A stretch of 64,000 bases of DNA, taken from positions 3,079 to 67,078 of the forward strand of contig DUOD01000034.1 in assembly GCA_012838995.1 (NCBI GenBank). The letters are read 5' to 3'. The DNA comes from Clostridiales bacterium (GTDB lineage Bacteria > Bacillota > Clostridia > DUOD01). The position numbers and the translations under genes were made by a program. The notes under the pieces were generated by a model. The model was not told the DNA's origin, did no database searches, and was given only the letters and a program-made list of their open reading frames with translations. Below are positions 53,453-61,828 of this stretch, one piece after another. The stretch's first letter is position 1, and the number at the start of each line of letters is the position of its first letter.

Positions 53453-54394
53453 ATGACAAAGAAAATAGCAACGAGAGAGGCTTACGGTAATGCTTTGGCG
53501 GAATTTGGAGAACAGTACCCGAATATAGTGGTTTTGGACGCCGATCTTTCCCAATCCACCAAGACCAACACCTTTAAAAAGAAATTCCCCGAAAGGTTTT
53601 TCAATATGGGTATTTCGGAGGCAGATTTAATGGCAACAGCCGCAGGACTGGCCTTGTCGGGTAAAATTGCCTTTGCCAGTACTTTTGCCATATTTGCCGC
53701 AGGCAGGGGTTTCGAACAAGTAAGAAATTCCATAGCCTATACAAGGGCCAATGTAAAAATCGGTGCCACCCACGCAGGTATTACCGTGGGTGAGGACGGC
53801 GGGTCCCATCAGGCTGTGGAAGATATTTCCCTCATGAGGTCGTTGCCCAACATGGTGGTAATAAACCCGGCGGACGCCGTTGAGGCCAGGGCTGCCGTTA
53901 AAGCGGCCATCGAGCACGACGGGCCCGTGTATATGCGATTTGGGCGGTTGGCGGTACCGGTGTTCTTTGATGAGGCCACCTACAAATTCCAATTGGGCAA
54001 GGGTGCCGTAATAGAAGAGGGAACGGATGTCTCGATTATCGCAACGGGTATGATGGTTTCATCGGCCGTTGAGGCCAGGGAAATCCTCGCCAAAGAAGGT
54101 ATAAGTGCCAGAGTGATAAACATACATACCATAAAACCCATAGATAAAGATATTATAGTTCAGGCAGCCTCTGAGACCAAAGCCATTGTCACGGTGGAAG
54201 AACACAGCATTATAGGCGGTCTGGGCAGTGCCGTGGCTGAGGTGCTGGTGGAGAACTATCCGGCACCCATGAAAAGAATAGGGCTTATGGATAAGTTCGG
54301 CCAGTCGGGCAAGCCCGATGAACTACTAAAATTATATGGCCTAACTCCAGAGGATATTGCTAGCGAAACAAAGGCGCTGCTGGACAGAATATAG
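53453..54394 (+). CDS. tktB: transketolase, C-terminal (pyrimidine-binding) subunit
   Basis: Motifs FNMGI.E, GEDG.SHQ and HT.KP are present. It lies adjacent to the N-terminal subunit. Confidence 0.9.
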   Translation: MTKKIATREAYGNALAEFGEQYPNIVVLDADLSQSTKTNTFKKKFPERFFNMGISEADLMATAAGLALSGKIAFASTFAIFAAGRGFEQVRNSIAYTRANVKIGATHAGITVGEDGGSHQAVEDISLMRSLPNMVVINPADAVEARAAVKAAIEHDGPVYMRFGRLAVPVFFDEATYKFQLGKGAVIEEGTDVSIIATGMMVSSAVEAREILAKEGISARVINIHTIKPIDKDIIVQAASETKAIVTVEEHSIIGGLGSAVAEVLVENYPAPMKRIGLMDKFGQSGKPDELLKLYGLTPEDIASETKALLDRI

Positions 54395-54400
54395 CACAAT

Positions 54401-54432
54401 AAAAAACAGGGCGGATAATCCGCCCTGTTTTT
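54401..54432 (+). terminator. intrinsic terminator
   Basis: AAAAAACAGGGCGG-ATAAT-CCGCCCTGTTTTTT. Confidence 0.9.
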
Positions 54433-54512
54433 TATTGGTTCATGAAGGAATAAGGCACTAAATGTAGAATACTGTAAGAATAGGGAGAATTAATGGGGGG
54501 GTGCTTTCCTGT

Positions 54513-55901
54513 ATGAGGATAAGGGTAGGCAGACTTGTACTTACTATATTCCTGGTAGTTGTTTTAATATTTTTGGGTTACAAATTTCTATGGAGGAAGG
54601 ATACCTATTTAGGCGGCCAAATAATCAGGACCAATGATATAAGCGAGGTCAGGTATTTTTATTATCATGCTGTCCCGGGCTTGAAGAGGGCACAGGACAT
54701 GGGCCTGGTTTCCATGATAAACAAAAGTCTACCCATTGGCGACACTTCAGGAAAGCTTAATATAGATATGATATGGTATGACGGAAACAACGTCTTTATA
54801 TTCTATAATATTGAAGGGCTTAACAGATACGGAATACTGGGCGGTGATATACTACCCCAGGACGGTTCTGCCGGTCAAAAAACAACCCAATTTCGGGGAT
54901 GTCTCAGCCCGCCGGGGCAAAAGACCCGGGGTATCATATACGACGATAAGTTTTACAGCGTCATTGCCGTACCCTACCCATTGGATGATGCGGGTGAAGA
55001 TGTTGAGCAGCTGTCCGAGATTACCTATAGGCCCTATTTAACCTTAAAGGAATACAACCGGCCCTTTGTCATTGATGATGAGGATGAGGGGTACAGTTTT
55101 GAACCGGTCAGGCTGCAGGTGGACTATGATAAGGAAAAATACAAGGCTGAGGTGGTAAAGGTAGAGGAACAAATCGATTTGGAAGAGGGCATATTTAAAA
55201 TCTACCAGATGGAATTTGGGTTGACCGAAAACAGGCTGTACTTTTTGTCAAACACCGAGGATATTATATACGGTATAAAGGCCTTGATATCCACCGACAG
55301 AAACGAAACCAGACAAATCGATGCCAGCACCCATATCGTATCCGAGTACCCCTACCACTACTATGCTTCCTTCCCGGCCTTTAACGAGCTGCCCGGGAGT
55401 GTTAACATTAGTATTGAACAGATAAAGCTGGTGAGCGGCGAAGGGGTGGATTTCACCATAGATACCTTTGATCTGGATAAGGACAAGGAAAAGTCTTTCG
55501 ATGAACTTATAGCTACCGTTAAAAATACCAATGTATATCTGGATAGTATTGTAAAGGACGAAAGGGGACTGGGGGTATATATGCGCTATGAAATGGACGG
55601 GCGGTTTGAAAAGCCCTATTCACGGCTGCAGCCCGAAGTACCCACGTCCATGGACCAGTGGGAATACCAATCCGGGATACAGGGTTCTTCCCTGCCCTGT
55701 CCCAATATGTTCAAGGTGGTAAACGATACCGGTGTTGTAGCAAAAACGGGTGACTTTGGTGACAGGGGCATAGATAAGGAAGGTATGTACATGTTCATTT
55801 CCAGGGACTATATAGATTCCAGCCATAACATAAAGGTTTCAATAGAGAATATGTCCTATTGTATTGAGGTGGATCAGGAGATTAAACTGGATTTTTACTA
55901 G
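54513..55901 (+). CDS. hypothetical N-terminally membrane-anchored protein
   Basis: The long ORF has one N-terminal TM helix (LVLTIFLVVVLIFLGY). I recognise no family motif in the extracytoplasmic domain of about 430 aa. Confidence 0.55.
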   Translation: MRIRVGRLVLTIFLVVVLIFLGYKFLWRKDTYLGGQIIRTNDISEVRYFYYHAVPGLKRAQDMGLVSMINKSLPIGDTSGKLNIDMIWYDGNNVFIFYNIEGLNRYGILGGDILPQDGSAGQKTTQFRGCLSPPGQKTRGIIYDDKFYSVIAVPYPLDDAGEDVEQLSEITYRPYLTLKEYNRPFVIDDEDEGYSFEPVRLQVDYDKEKYKAEVVKVEEQIDLEEGIFKIYQMEFGLTENRLYFLSNTEDIIYGIKALISTDRNETRQIDASTHIVSEYPYHYYASFPAFNELPGSVNISIEQIKLVSGEGVDFTIDTFDLDKDKEKSFDELIATVKNTNVYLDSIVKDERGLGVYMRYEMDGRFEKPYSRLQPEVPTSMDQWEYQSGIQGSSLPCPNMFKVVNDTGVVAKTGDFGDRGIDKEGMYMFISRDYIDSSHNIKVSIENMSYCIEVDQEIKLDFY

Positions 55902-55949
55902 ATTTAACTTAAGTTTTATTTCGCAGTCGGAAACTTGTCCTGTTTGGGG

Positions 55950-55994
55950 GACCGGGCCGGGAGTTTTAAATTTTAAGGCCCGGTCATTTTTTTT
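55950..55994 (+). terminator. intrinsic terminator
   Basis: GACCGGGCC pairs with GGCCCGGTC (9-bp stem) and is followed by a T8 run. Confidence 0.8.
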
Positions 55995-56226
55995 GCCTGA
56001 CCCCCAAATCTTACAGTTTTCTTACAACTTTTTGGGGACTTTATGGGAGAAGAAGCCGTACAATCTCCATATGATGCATTAAATGGAGGTTTGGCGTGAA
56101 TATTAGAGAAACGAAGGATAAAAATGAGATTGATGGGATAATAGAAAGCCGGCAAAGCCGTGTTTTTGCTGGAAAATAAATTGTTTATTTCGGTAAAGGC
56201 CTTTACAATCATCAAGCAGGCAAAAG

Positions 56227-56262
56227 TACCGCCGAATGCTTTTAGCTCGGCGGTAACTTTTT
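56227..56262 (+). terminator. intrinsic terminator-like hairpin in a gene-poor patch
   Basis: TACCGCCGA pairs with TCGGCGGTA and is followed by ACTTTTT. Confidence 0.6.
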
Positions 56263-56362
56263 AAAAAGAAAACAGAAAAATTTAATTAACGGGACTTATT
56301 TTTTTATCCATTGATATATTATACAATTTAGGGTAACATTAACATAATATTTCTGTGAATTA

Positions 56363-56699
56363 TGGCGATGTATATTGTTGTATTTTATGTCGAGTAGAGA
56401 AACAGGTTTAGTGCCTTGGTGCTTCTAACGCCGGCCAGGATATTTACTGTTGTCAATCCAGCCTACCAAGCCTTTGCCTTTGCTGTGGTTGGATAACTTA
56501 TAATAACTTTTATAAAATTAATCCTTCGGAAGGAAAATGATGTCTGGTTTATAATTGTGGGAGGTTTGTTTTTGATTCTTACCAGTCTCAACGATATTAT
56601 TTTTTTGAGCATATGGATGAATGATTATAATATTCCCATTCTCAGAGCAATTTTTACCGCCAGAGAAAAATTAGAGTTTAAGAATACGGTGTCGATTTA
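56363..56699 (+). pseudogene. decayed fragments of a polytopic membrane (sensor-like) gene
   Basis: Hydrophobic stretches are readable (MAMYIVVFYVE*, FSALVLLTPARIFTVVNPAYQAFAFAVVG*, NDVWFIIVGGLFLILTSLNDIIFLSIWMNDYNIPILRAIF...). They are broken by stops and frame changes, and there is no credible start. Confidence 0.3.
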
Positions 56700-56781
56700 A
56701 CCATTTTTAAAAATAATGATACAATTAAGATAAATTACAAAAAAAGCGGTTTGGTTGTTTACATGGAGAGGGGGGCGGGCT

Positions 56782-57207
56782 ATGAAAAGGTTAAGGCTTA
56801 AGTTATTAGGCATTTTAGTCCTTGTACTTTCGGTATGCTTGGCATTTGTGAGCGGTTGCGGCAGCGGGAAATTGTCCGATGATTTCGATGAAGAACAGAT
56901 AAAAAAAGCCACCGTAAATGTTATACATCTAATCAACCGTCGGGATTCGCAAAGCCTTAGGGAGCTTTGCAATGAACAAATGAAAGAAGCGCTAACCGAT
57001 AACGTGTTAGGGCAGTTATATCAAGTTATTGGCCAAGGCGGTGCCTTACAAGAGATGGGAGATATAACCGTGGTTGGGATGACCGACGAAACAAGCAAGG
57101 AAGAACTTGCCGTTGCCGTTGTCAAGGCAGAATACGAGAACAAGGTTTTTACCTTTACCGTTACATTTACCAAGCAAATGAAGCTTGCCGGATTGTATTA
57201 TACATAA
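56782..57207 (+). CDS. DUF3887-like lipoprotein
   Basis: It has an RBS (GGAGAGGGGGG) and a lipobox (FVSGC). The small alpha+beta domain carries the pattern typical of DUF3887, as I recall it. Confidence 0.6.
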   Translation: MKRLRLKLLGILVLVLSVCLAFVSGCGSGKLSDDFDEEQIKKATVNVIHLINRRDSQSLRELCNEQMKEALTDNVLGQLYQVIGQGGALQEMGDITVVGMTDETSKEELAVAVVKAEYENKVFTFTVTFTKQMKLAGLYYT

Positions 57208-57386
57208 ATTTTTAAATTGGGCATGTTTTGACTATGGAGGTAGTTTGCCGGAACCCAGTTGATCACAAAATGTCCGGCTTCATCCCTTATATTTTCTAAA
57301 CCTTCCTCCCTTTTTTTATTACCGCAGCCGGTGACAAAGGTAAAAAATAAGGTCAAAATAACAAAAAACAAAAGCACTCTTTTCAT
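57198..57386 (-). CDS. small putative lipoprotein
   Basis: The 62-aa ORF has an RBS (AAAGGGGA, 6 nt from the ATG) and a signal peptide with lipobox FVTGC. It converges on the previous gene with a 10-nt overlap. Confidence 0.45.
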   Translation of the reverse strand: MKRVLLFFVILTLFFTFVTGCGNKKREEGLENIRDEAGHFVINWVPANYLHSQNMPNLKIYV

Positions 57387-58118
57387 TTTCTCATCCCCTT
57401 TATATTCATTTTAAGCGCCCCGGAAATATTTTGTTCCGGATAACAACCGACAATTTTCATGAGTTAAGTTAAAAAATGTTTAATAGTTTAAGATTTAAAT
57501 GGGAATGGTTTGCTTATTTTTAGCCTTATAAAATTGGTTCTTACTTTTTTAGCTGATTTGCAAAAAATTTGAGGGATACATCCAAGGTGCGTCCCTCCTT
57601 TGTAAGTCAGTGCCAAATAAGTTTTTAGGATTGTTTGGTAGAGCTGTTGGATATTTTATATTTCTTTTGTATTGCCTTTAGCACGGTTTTGACGTGTTAA
57701 TAAATGGCATAGCCCATGCTCAAGTATAGTATAATTTTCCTCTCATATTTTGTCAATATTTTCCCTTATGTTTGATTATCATACATCATTTTATTACATT
57801 TTTTAACGATACCACCCTTATATTTTCATGGCTCCCCTGTAAAGGCATCCTAGTGTTACTCTTTCCGCCAACTGTGCCATTAATAATTTCATAATATCCT
57901 ATTTAATTAGCCCTACCTATTTACCACTACCTGGCTCATCATTATTGTTAAATATCTTTATTTAATTAAACCGACCTGTTACTACATTATTGCCACTGAC
58001 GTTTTTTTATTTTTGCAACGGTTTTATATATATTGTTGCGAAGGAGTTTGGATGAAAATCGGTGAAAAGGGAAATGCCGCAAAATATATTATTTTTGGGA
58101 TTTATGAATAAATAACAT

Positions 58119-58147
58119 TTGACAATAACATAATATGGATATATAAT
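58119..58147 (+). promoter_or_regulatory. consensus sigmaA promoter (TTGACA-17-TATAAT)
   Basis: TTGACA lies at 58119-58124 and TATAAT at 58142-58147, 39 nt upstream of ATG 58186. Confidence 0.6.
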
Positions 58148-58171
58148 ATAATTGGCATATGCCAATTATAT
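58146..58171. promoter_or_regulatory. 26-bp perfect palindrome overlapping the -10 box (candidate operator)
   Basis: ATATAATTGGCAT|ATGCCAATTATAT is immediately followed by the RBS AGGAGG. Confidence 0.55.
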
Positions 58172-58185
58172 AGGAGGTGTGTTTT

Positions 58186-58569
58186 ATGAAAATTGCAGTT
58201 TCTTCAACGGGAAAGAATTTAAGCAGTATGACGGATGTCAGGTTTGGAAGGTGTAATTATTTTGTAATATATGACACCGAAGGGCAACAGGTAAAGGCCA
58301 TTGAAAACAAGGGTCAAATGTCGGGGGCCGGTGCGGGAATTGCGGCGGCTAACCAAATTATTGACGAAGATGTGGATGTTGTCATAACCGGTAACATGGG
58401 ACCCAACGCCTTTAGATTGGTTAAAAACTCAGATATTAATATATACCGAAGCGGCGTTGTTGAGGTTGAAAAGGCTATACAATTGTTTAAGGACGGGAAG
58501 TTGGACGAGCTAACCGATGCAGGTCCTGCCCACGCAGGTATGGGTGGGGGATTTAAGGGAGGAAGGTAA
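58186..58569 (+). CDS. NifB/NifX-family (dinitrogenase FeMo-cofactor-binding fold, COG1433-like) protein
   Basis: Family motifs are present: MKIAVSS......V...FGRC..F.IYD and VVITGNMGPNAF. It has a G-rich C-terminal tail. Confidence 0.75.
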   Translation: MKIAVSSTGKNLSSMTDVRFGRCNYFVIYDTEGQQVKAIENKGQMSGAGAGIAAANQIIDEDVDVVITGNMGPNAFRLVKNSDINIYRSGVVEVEKAIQLFKDGKLDELTDAGPAHAGMGGGFKGGR

Positions 58570-58570
58570 A

Positions 58571-59401
58571 TTGAATATAGCCGTATTAAGCGGGAAGGGC
58601 GGCACGGGTAAAACCACTCTATCCACCAACCTTTGTGTTGTTGCAGGTGCCAATTACATAGACTGCGATGTGGAAGAACCCAATGGTTTCATATTCCTAA
58701 ATCCTTCTCAAATAAAAAGCAGGGAGGTTAAGGTGGATTACCCCGTTGTGGACAGTGGTAAGTGTACATTATGCGGGGCATGTGCACAAGTATGCCAGTT
58801 CAATGCATTGGTCAAGACAAAAAGAGAAATTGTGCTCTTTGAAAAACTCTGTCATAGCTGCCACGCCTGCAGCATAGTGTGCCAACCCGAGGTCATAACC
58901 TTTGGGAAAAGGGTAGTGGGGATAATTGAAGAGGGTAAATATGGCAACCTTACTTGCAAAAGGGGGATTTTAAACGTGGGGGAACCCATGGCGGTACCCG
59001 TTATTAAGGAATTGCTGGAAGACCTCCCCGAAGGAACAAACCTTATTGATTGCGCTCCGGGGACTTCCTGTAATATAGTCAGTGCCCTAAGGTATGCTAA
59101 TGGTGCAATACTGGTAACCGAACCCTCTTCCCTTGGACTTCATGATTTAAAAATGGCAGTACAATTGGTAAGGAATTTTAACCTCCCTTTTGGTGTTATT
59201 ATCAATAAATATGAAGTCGGGGAGGACAGAATTCAGAAATATTGTCAACAGGAAAACATTAAAATACTGGAGGTTATACCTTATAGTAGGGAAGCGGCGG
59301 AAGTTTATTCATCGGGGAAAATGATTACGGAACTGCCTGAATATAAAGAAAAATTTGAGAAGATTGCAGAGGGCTTGAGGGAGGTGTTTCCTTGGAACTG
59401 A
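58571..59401 (+). CDS. MinD/ParA-superfamily P-loop ATPase with inserted 2x[4Fe-4S] ferredoxin domain (COG1149-like)
   Basis: It has a deviant Walker A (SGKGGTGKTT) and the motifs CTLCGACAQVC and CHSCHACSIVC. TTG 58571 lies 2 nt after the upstream stop. Confidence 0.8.
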   Translation: MNIAVLSGKGGTGKTTLSTNLCVVAGANYIDCDVEEPNGFIFLNPSQIKSREVKVDYPVVDSGKCTLCGACAQVCQFNALVKTKREIVLFEKLCHSCHACSIVCQPEVITFGKRVVGIIEEGKYGNLTCKRGILNVGEPMAVPVIKELLEDLPEGTNLIDCAPGTSCNIVSALRYANGAILVTEPSSLGLHDLKMAVQLVRNFNLPFGVIINKYEVGEDRIQKYCQQENIKILEVIPYSREAAEVYSSGKMITELPEYKEKFEKIAEGLREVFPWN

Positions 59402-60252
59402 CGGTGATAAGCGGGAAGGGCGGCACGGGCAAAACTACCGTAGCCCTGGCCCTGTCTGAATTGGCGGGAAATGCAATAAAAGCAGATTGCGATGTGGACG
59501 CACCCAACCTACATCTTTTTTACCGGGGAAGGGATATAAAAAAGGAGCATTTTTTCGGGGAAAAGATAGCGGTTGTTGACAAAATTTTTTGCACAGGCTG
59601 CAAGGAATGTGAAAGGGTGTGCCGGTTTGACGCAATAAATGACGGCCAAGTGGATAAATTTAAATGTGAAGGCTGCGGTGCCTGTGTTCTGGTCTGCCCT
59701 GAAAAAGCCATCCGTTTAAAGGAAGTAAAAACCGCCGATGTTTATATTACCCAGACCGATAAGGGAATTGTTTCGAGGGCGCAGATGGAGGTAGGCAGCG
59801 AAGGGTCAGGAAGGCTTATAACACTCCTTCGCAACAATGCCAGGAAGTTTGCCGATGACGATACCCTTATCATTATAGACGGTTCTCCGGGTATAGGGTG
59901 TTCTGTCATATCATCGATCACGGCAAGCGATGCGGTGCTTATCGTTACGGAGCCCACCCAGTCCGGTCTGGAGGACCTTAAAAGGACAATGGAGCTGTGC
60001 AGGCATTTTGGAGTACCAACTTTTGTCTGTATAAATAAGTATGATATTAATGCAAAAGTGACGAGGGAAATCGAAGATTACTGCAAAGAAAATAATGTTT
60101 ATTTAGTGGGCAGGATACCCTATGACGACACGGTTATGGAATCGATTAACCAACTTAAGTCTATTATTTATTATGAGGACAGTAAAGCAAATAAGGCCAT
60201 AAGGCAGATGTGGGACAACATCCGCGAGCACATAACCGGTTTAAATCAATGA
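59392..60252 (+). CDS. second MinD/ParA-superfamily ATPase with inserted 2x[4Fe-4S] ferredoxin domain
   Basis: It has SGKGGTGKTT, CTGCKECERVC and CEGCGACVLVCP. The start overlaps the upstream stop. Confidence 0.8.
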   Translation: MELTVISGKGGTGKTTVALALSELAGNAIKADCDVDAPNLHLFYRGRDIKKEHFFGEKIAVVDKIFCTGCKECERVCRFDAINDGQVDKFKCEGCGACVLVCPEKAIRLKEVKTADVYITQTDKGIVSRAQMEVGSEGSGRLITLLRNNARKFADDDTLIIIDGSPGIGCSVISSITASDAVLIVTEPTQSGLEDLKRTMELCRHFGVPTFVCINKYDINAKVTREIEDYCKENNVYLVGRIPYDDTVMESINQLKSIIYYEDSKANKAIRQMWDNIREHITGLNQ

Positions 60253-60272
60253 TTTTAGGGAGGAATATGTTA

Positions 60273-60629
60273 ATGAAAATAGCGGTTGCCGGTGAAGGAG
60301 GACGTATAAGCGAGCACTTTGGACATTGTGAAGGATTTATGGTGTATGAGGTTGAGGAATGCGGGGTTGTAAATAAGGAATTCATACAAAGTCCGGGCCA
60401 CAGACCGGGATTTTTACCCGAATTTCTTAAAAATTTAGGGGTAGATGTTGTCATTTCCGGCGGTATGGGAGAAACGGCCCAGCAGTTGTTTGCGCAAAAC
60501 GGTGTACAAGTGATTGTGGGTGTCCGGGGAGATTATGATGATGCTGTTAAGCAGTATTTAAAAGGCGAACTTAAATCCTCGGGAAGTATATGTAGAGAAC
60601 ACCAACACGAAGGCCACTGTTATGAATAA
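60273..60629 (+). CDS. NifB/NifX-family (COG1433-like) protein, second copy
   Basis: The pattern is MKIAVA.......HFGHC..F..YEV...... and VVISGGMGE.A. ATG 60273 lies 9 nt after AGGGAGG. Confidence 0.75.
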   Translation: MKIAVAGEGGRISEHFGHCEGFMVYEVEECGVVNKEFIQSPGHRPGFLPEFLKNLGVDVVISGGMGETAQQLFAQNGVQVIVGVRGDYDDAVKQYLKGELKSSGSICREHQHEGHCYE

Positions 60630-60646
60630 AAGATAGGGGTGTCCTT

Positions 60647-61120
60647 ATGAACGGGGTGGCTCTGACGGAGGACAAATTTGCCTTTTTTAAAAGGTTGATA
60701 GAAAAAAAAGGATTTAAATTCACCAAACAAAGAAAATTGATACTGGAACAGCTTTTTATTGCCGACAGGCATTTGAGGGTGGAAGATATATATGAAAGGC
60801 TGAAAGATACCGATATCGGCCTTGCCACGGTGTATCGGAATATGAAGATTTTTGCCGATATGGGTATAGTAAAGGAAATTATTGTTGATGGAATAAGCTA
60901 TTATGAACTGAAGATCTTCAGCAAAAAGCCTTTGCATATCCATTTCCAGTGTATCCAGTGTAATGATATAATAGACGTTGATGAAAGAAAAGTTGCTCTG
61001 GAATATATTAAACTGAACAAAATCGTAGAAGATGTTAACGACTTGGCAATTTACGATGTGGATATAATGTTTGCCGGCCTGTGCGGTAGATGCAGGGAAG
61101 CGGAATATCAAGGCCAATAA
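60647..61120 (+). CDS. Fur-family metalloregulator
   Basis: It has a wHTH (FKFTKQRKLILEQL....H...EDIY..L......IGLATVYRN) and two CxxC pairs (CIQC...CGRC). Confidence 0.85.
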   Translation: MNGVALTEDKFAFFKRLIEKKGFKFTKQRKLILEQLFIADRHLRVEDIYERLKDTDIGLATVYRNMKIFADMGIVKEIIVDGISYYELKIFSKKPLHIHFQCIQCNDIIDVDERKVALEYIKLNKIVEDVNDLAIYDVDIMFAGLCGRCREAEYQGQ

Positions 61121-61153
61121 AATCAAGAAAGGCAGAATTCTTTTCGGGAAAGC

Positions 61154-61564
61154 ATGGATATTATGAAAAAGAAGGTGGCTTTTGTTTGCGTCCACAATTC
61201 CTGCCGCTCTCAAATGGCAGAGGGCTGGGCAAGAAAACTGGGAAGGGATGTATTGGAAGCATATTCGGCGGGGACGGAAAAATACCCCGAAGTCAAACCA
61301 TTGGTAGTCCGGGTAATGAAGGAGGCCGGGGTGGATATGAGCGACCATCGTCCCAAACTACTGAGCCATATTCCGGCGGATGTAGATATTTTAATAACCA
61401 TGGGATGTAATGTAGAATGCCCTAATTTTCCCTGTCTGTATAGGGAGGATTGGGGGCTTGCCGACCCATCGGGCGGATCTATAGATGATTTTAGAAAGAC
61501 AAGAGATATAATCAGGGAAAAGGTTGAGGATTTAATACAAAGGATAAAGGACGGGCGGATTTAA
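61154..61564 (+). CDS. arsC: arsenate reductase, LMW-PTPase (thioredoxin-coupled) family
   Basis: It has the CX5R P-loop (VCVHNSCRSQMAEG) and downstream Cys residues (GCNVECPNFPC). ATG 61163 is an alternative start. Confidence 0.85.
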   Translation: MDIMKKKVAFVCVHNSCRSQMAEGWARKLGRDVLEAYSAGTEKYPEVKPLVVRVMKEAGVDMSDHRPKLLSHIPADVDILITMGCNVECPNFPCLYREDWGLADPSGGSIDDFRKTRDIIREKVEDLIQRIKDGRI

Positions 61565-61597
61565 TAGGCCTAAATAAAAAGAGTGCAGGGAGAAAAG

Positions 61598-61623
61598 TGC
61601 AGGAAGTTTTCCTGCATTTTTTG
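61598..61623 (+). terminator. intrinsic terminator
   Basis: TGCAGGAA-GTT-TTCCTGCA is followed by a T6 run. Confidence 0.8.
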
Positions 61624-61828
61624 TTTGATGGGAATGTATAAAAGGCAAATTTTTTCAATCTTTGTTGGGAGTTTGTCGTGTTTTGAGAATTTGGCCATTT
61701 CATCACAGAGTTGCGGTGGTTTTTGTTGGCAATTGTTGTTTCTTTGGCAAGGCAAAAAATGTTATAATCAATATATATACCAATCTATTTTTTAAGTTCA
61801 AACATTGAAACATCCAGGAGTGATACTA

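Noticed and set aside
60620-61348. A 242-aa ORF antisense to the Fur-family and arsC genes.
   Set aside because: Both sense genes have clear family motifs. The antisense ORF spans their intergenic region and has no RBS.
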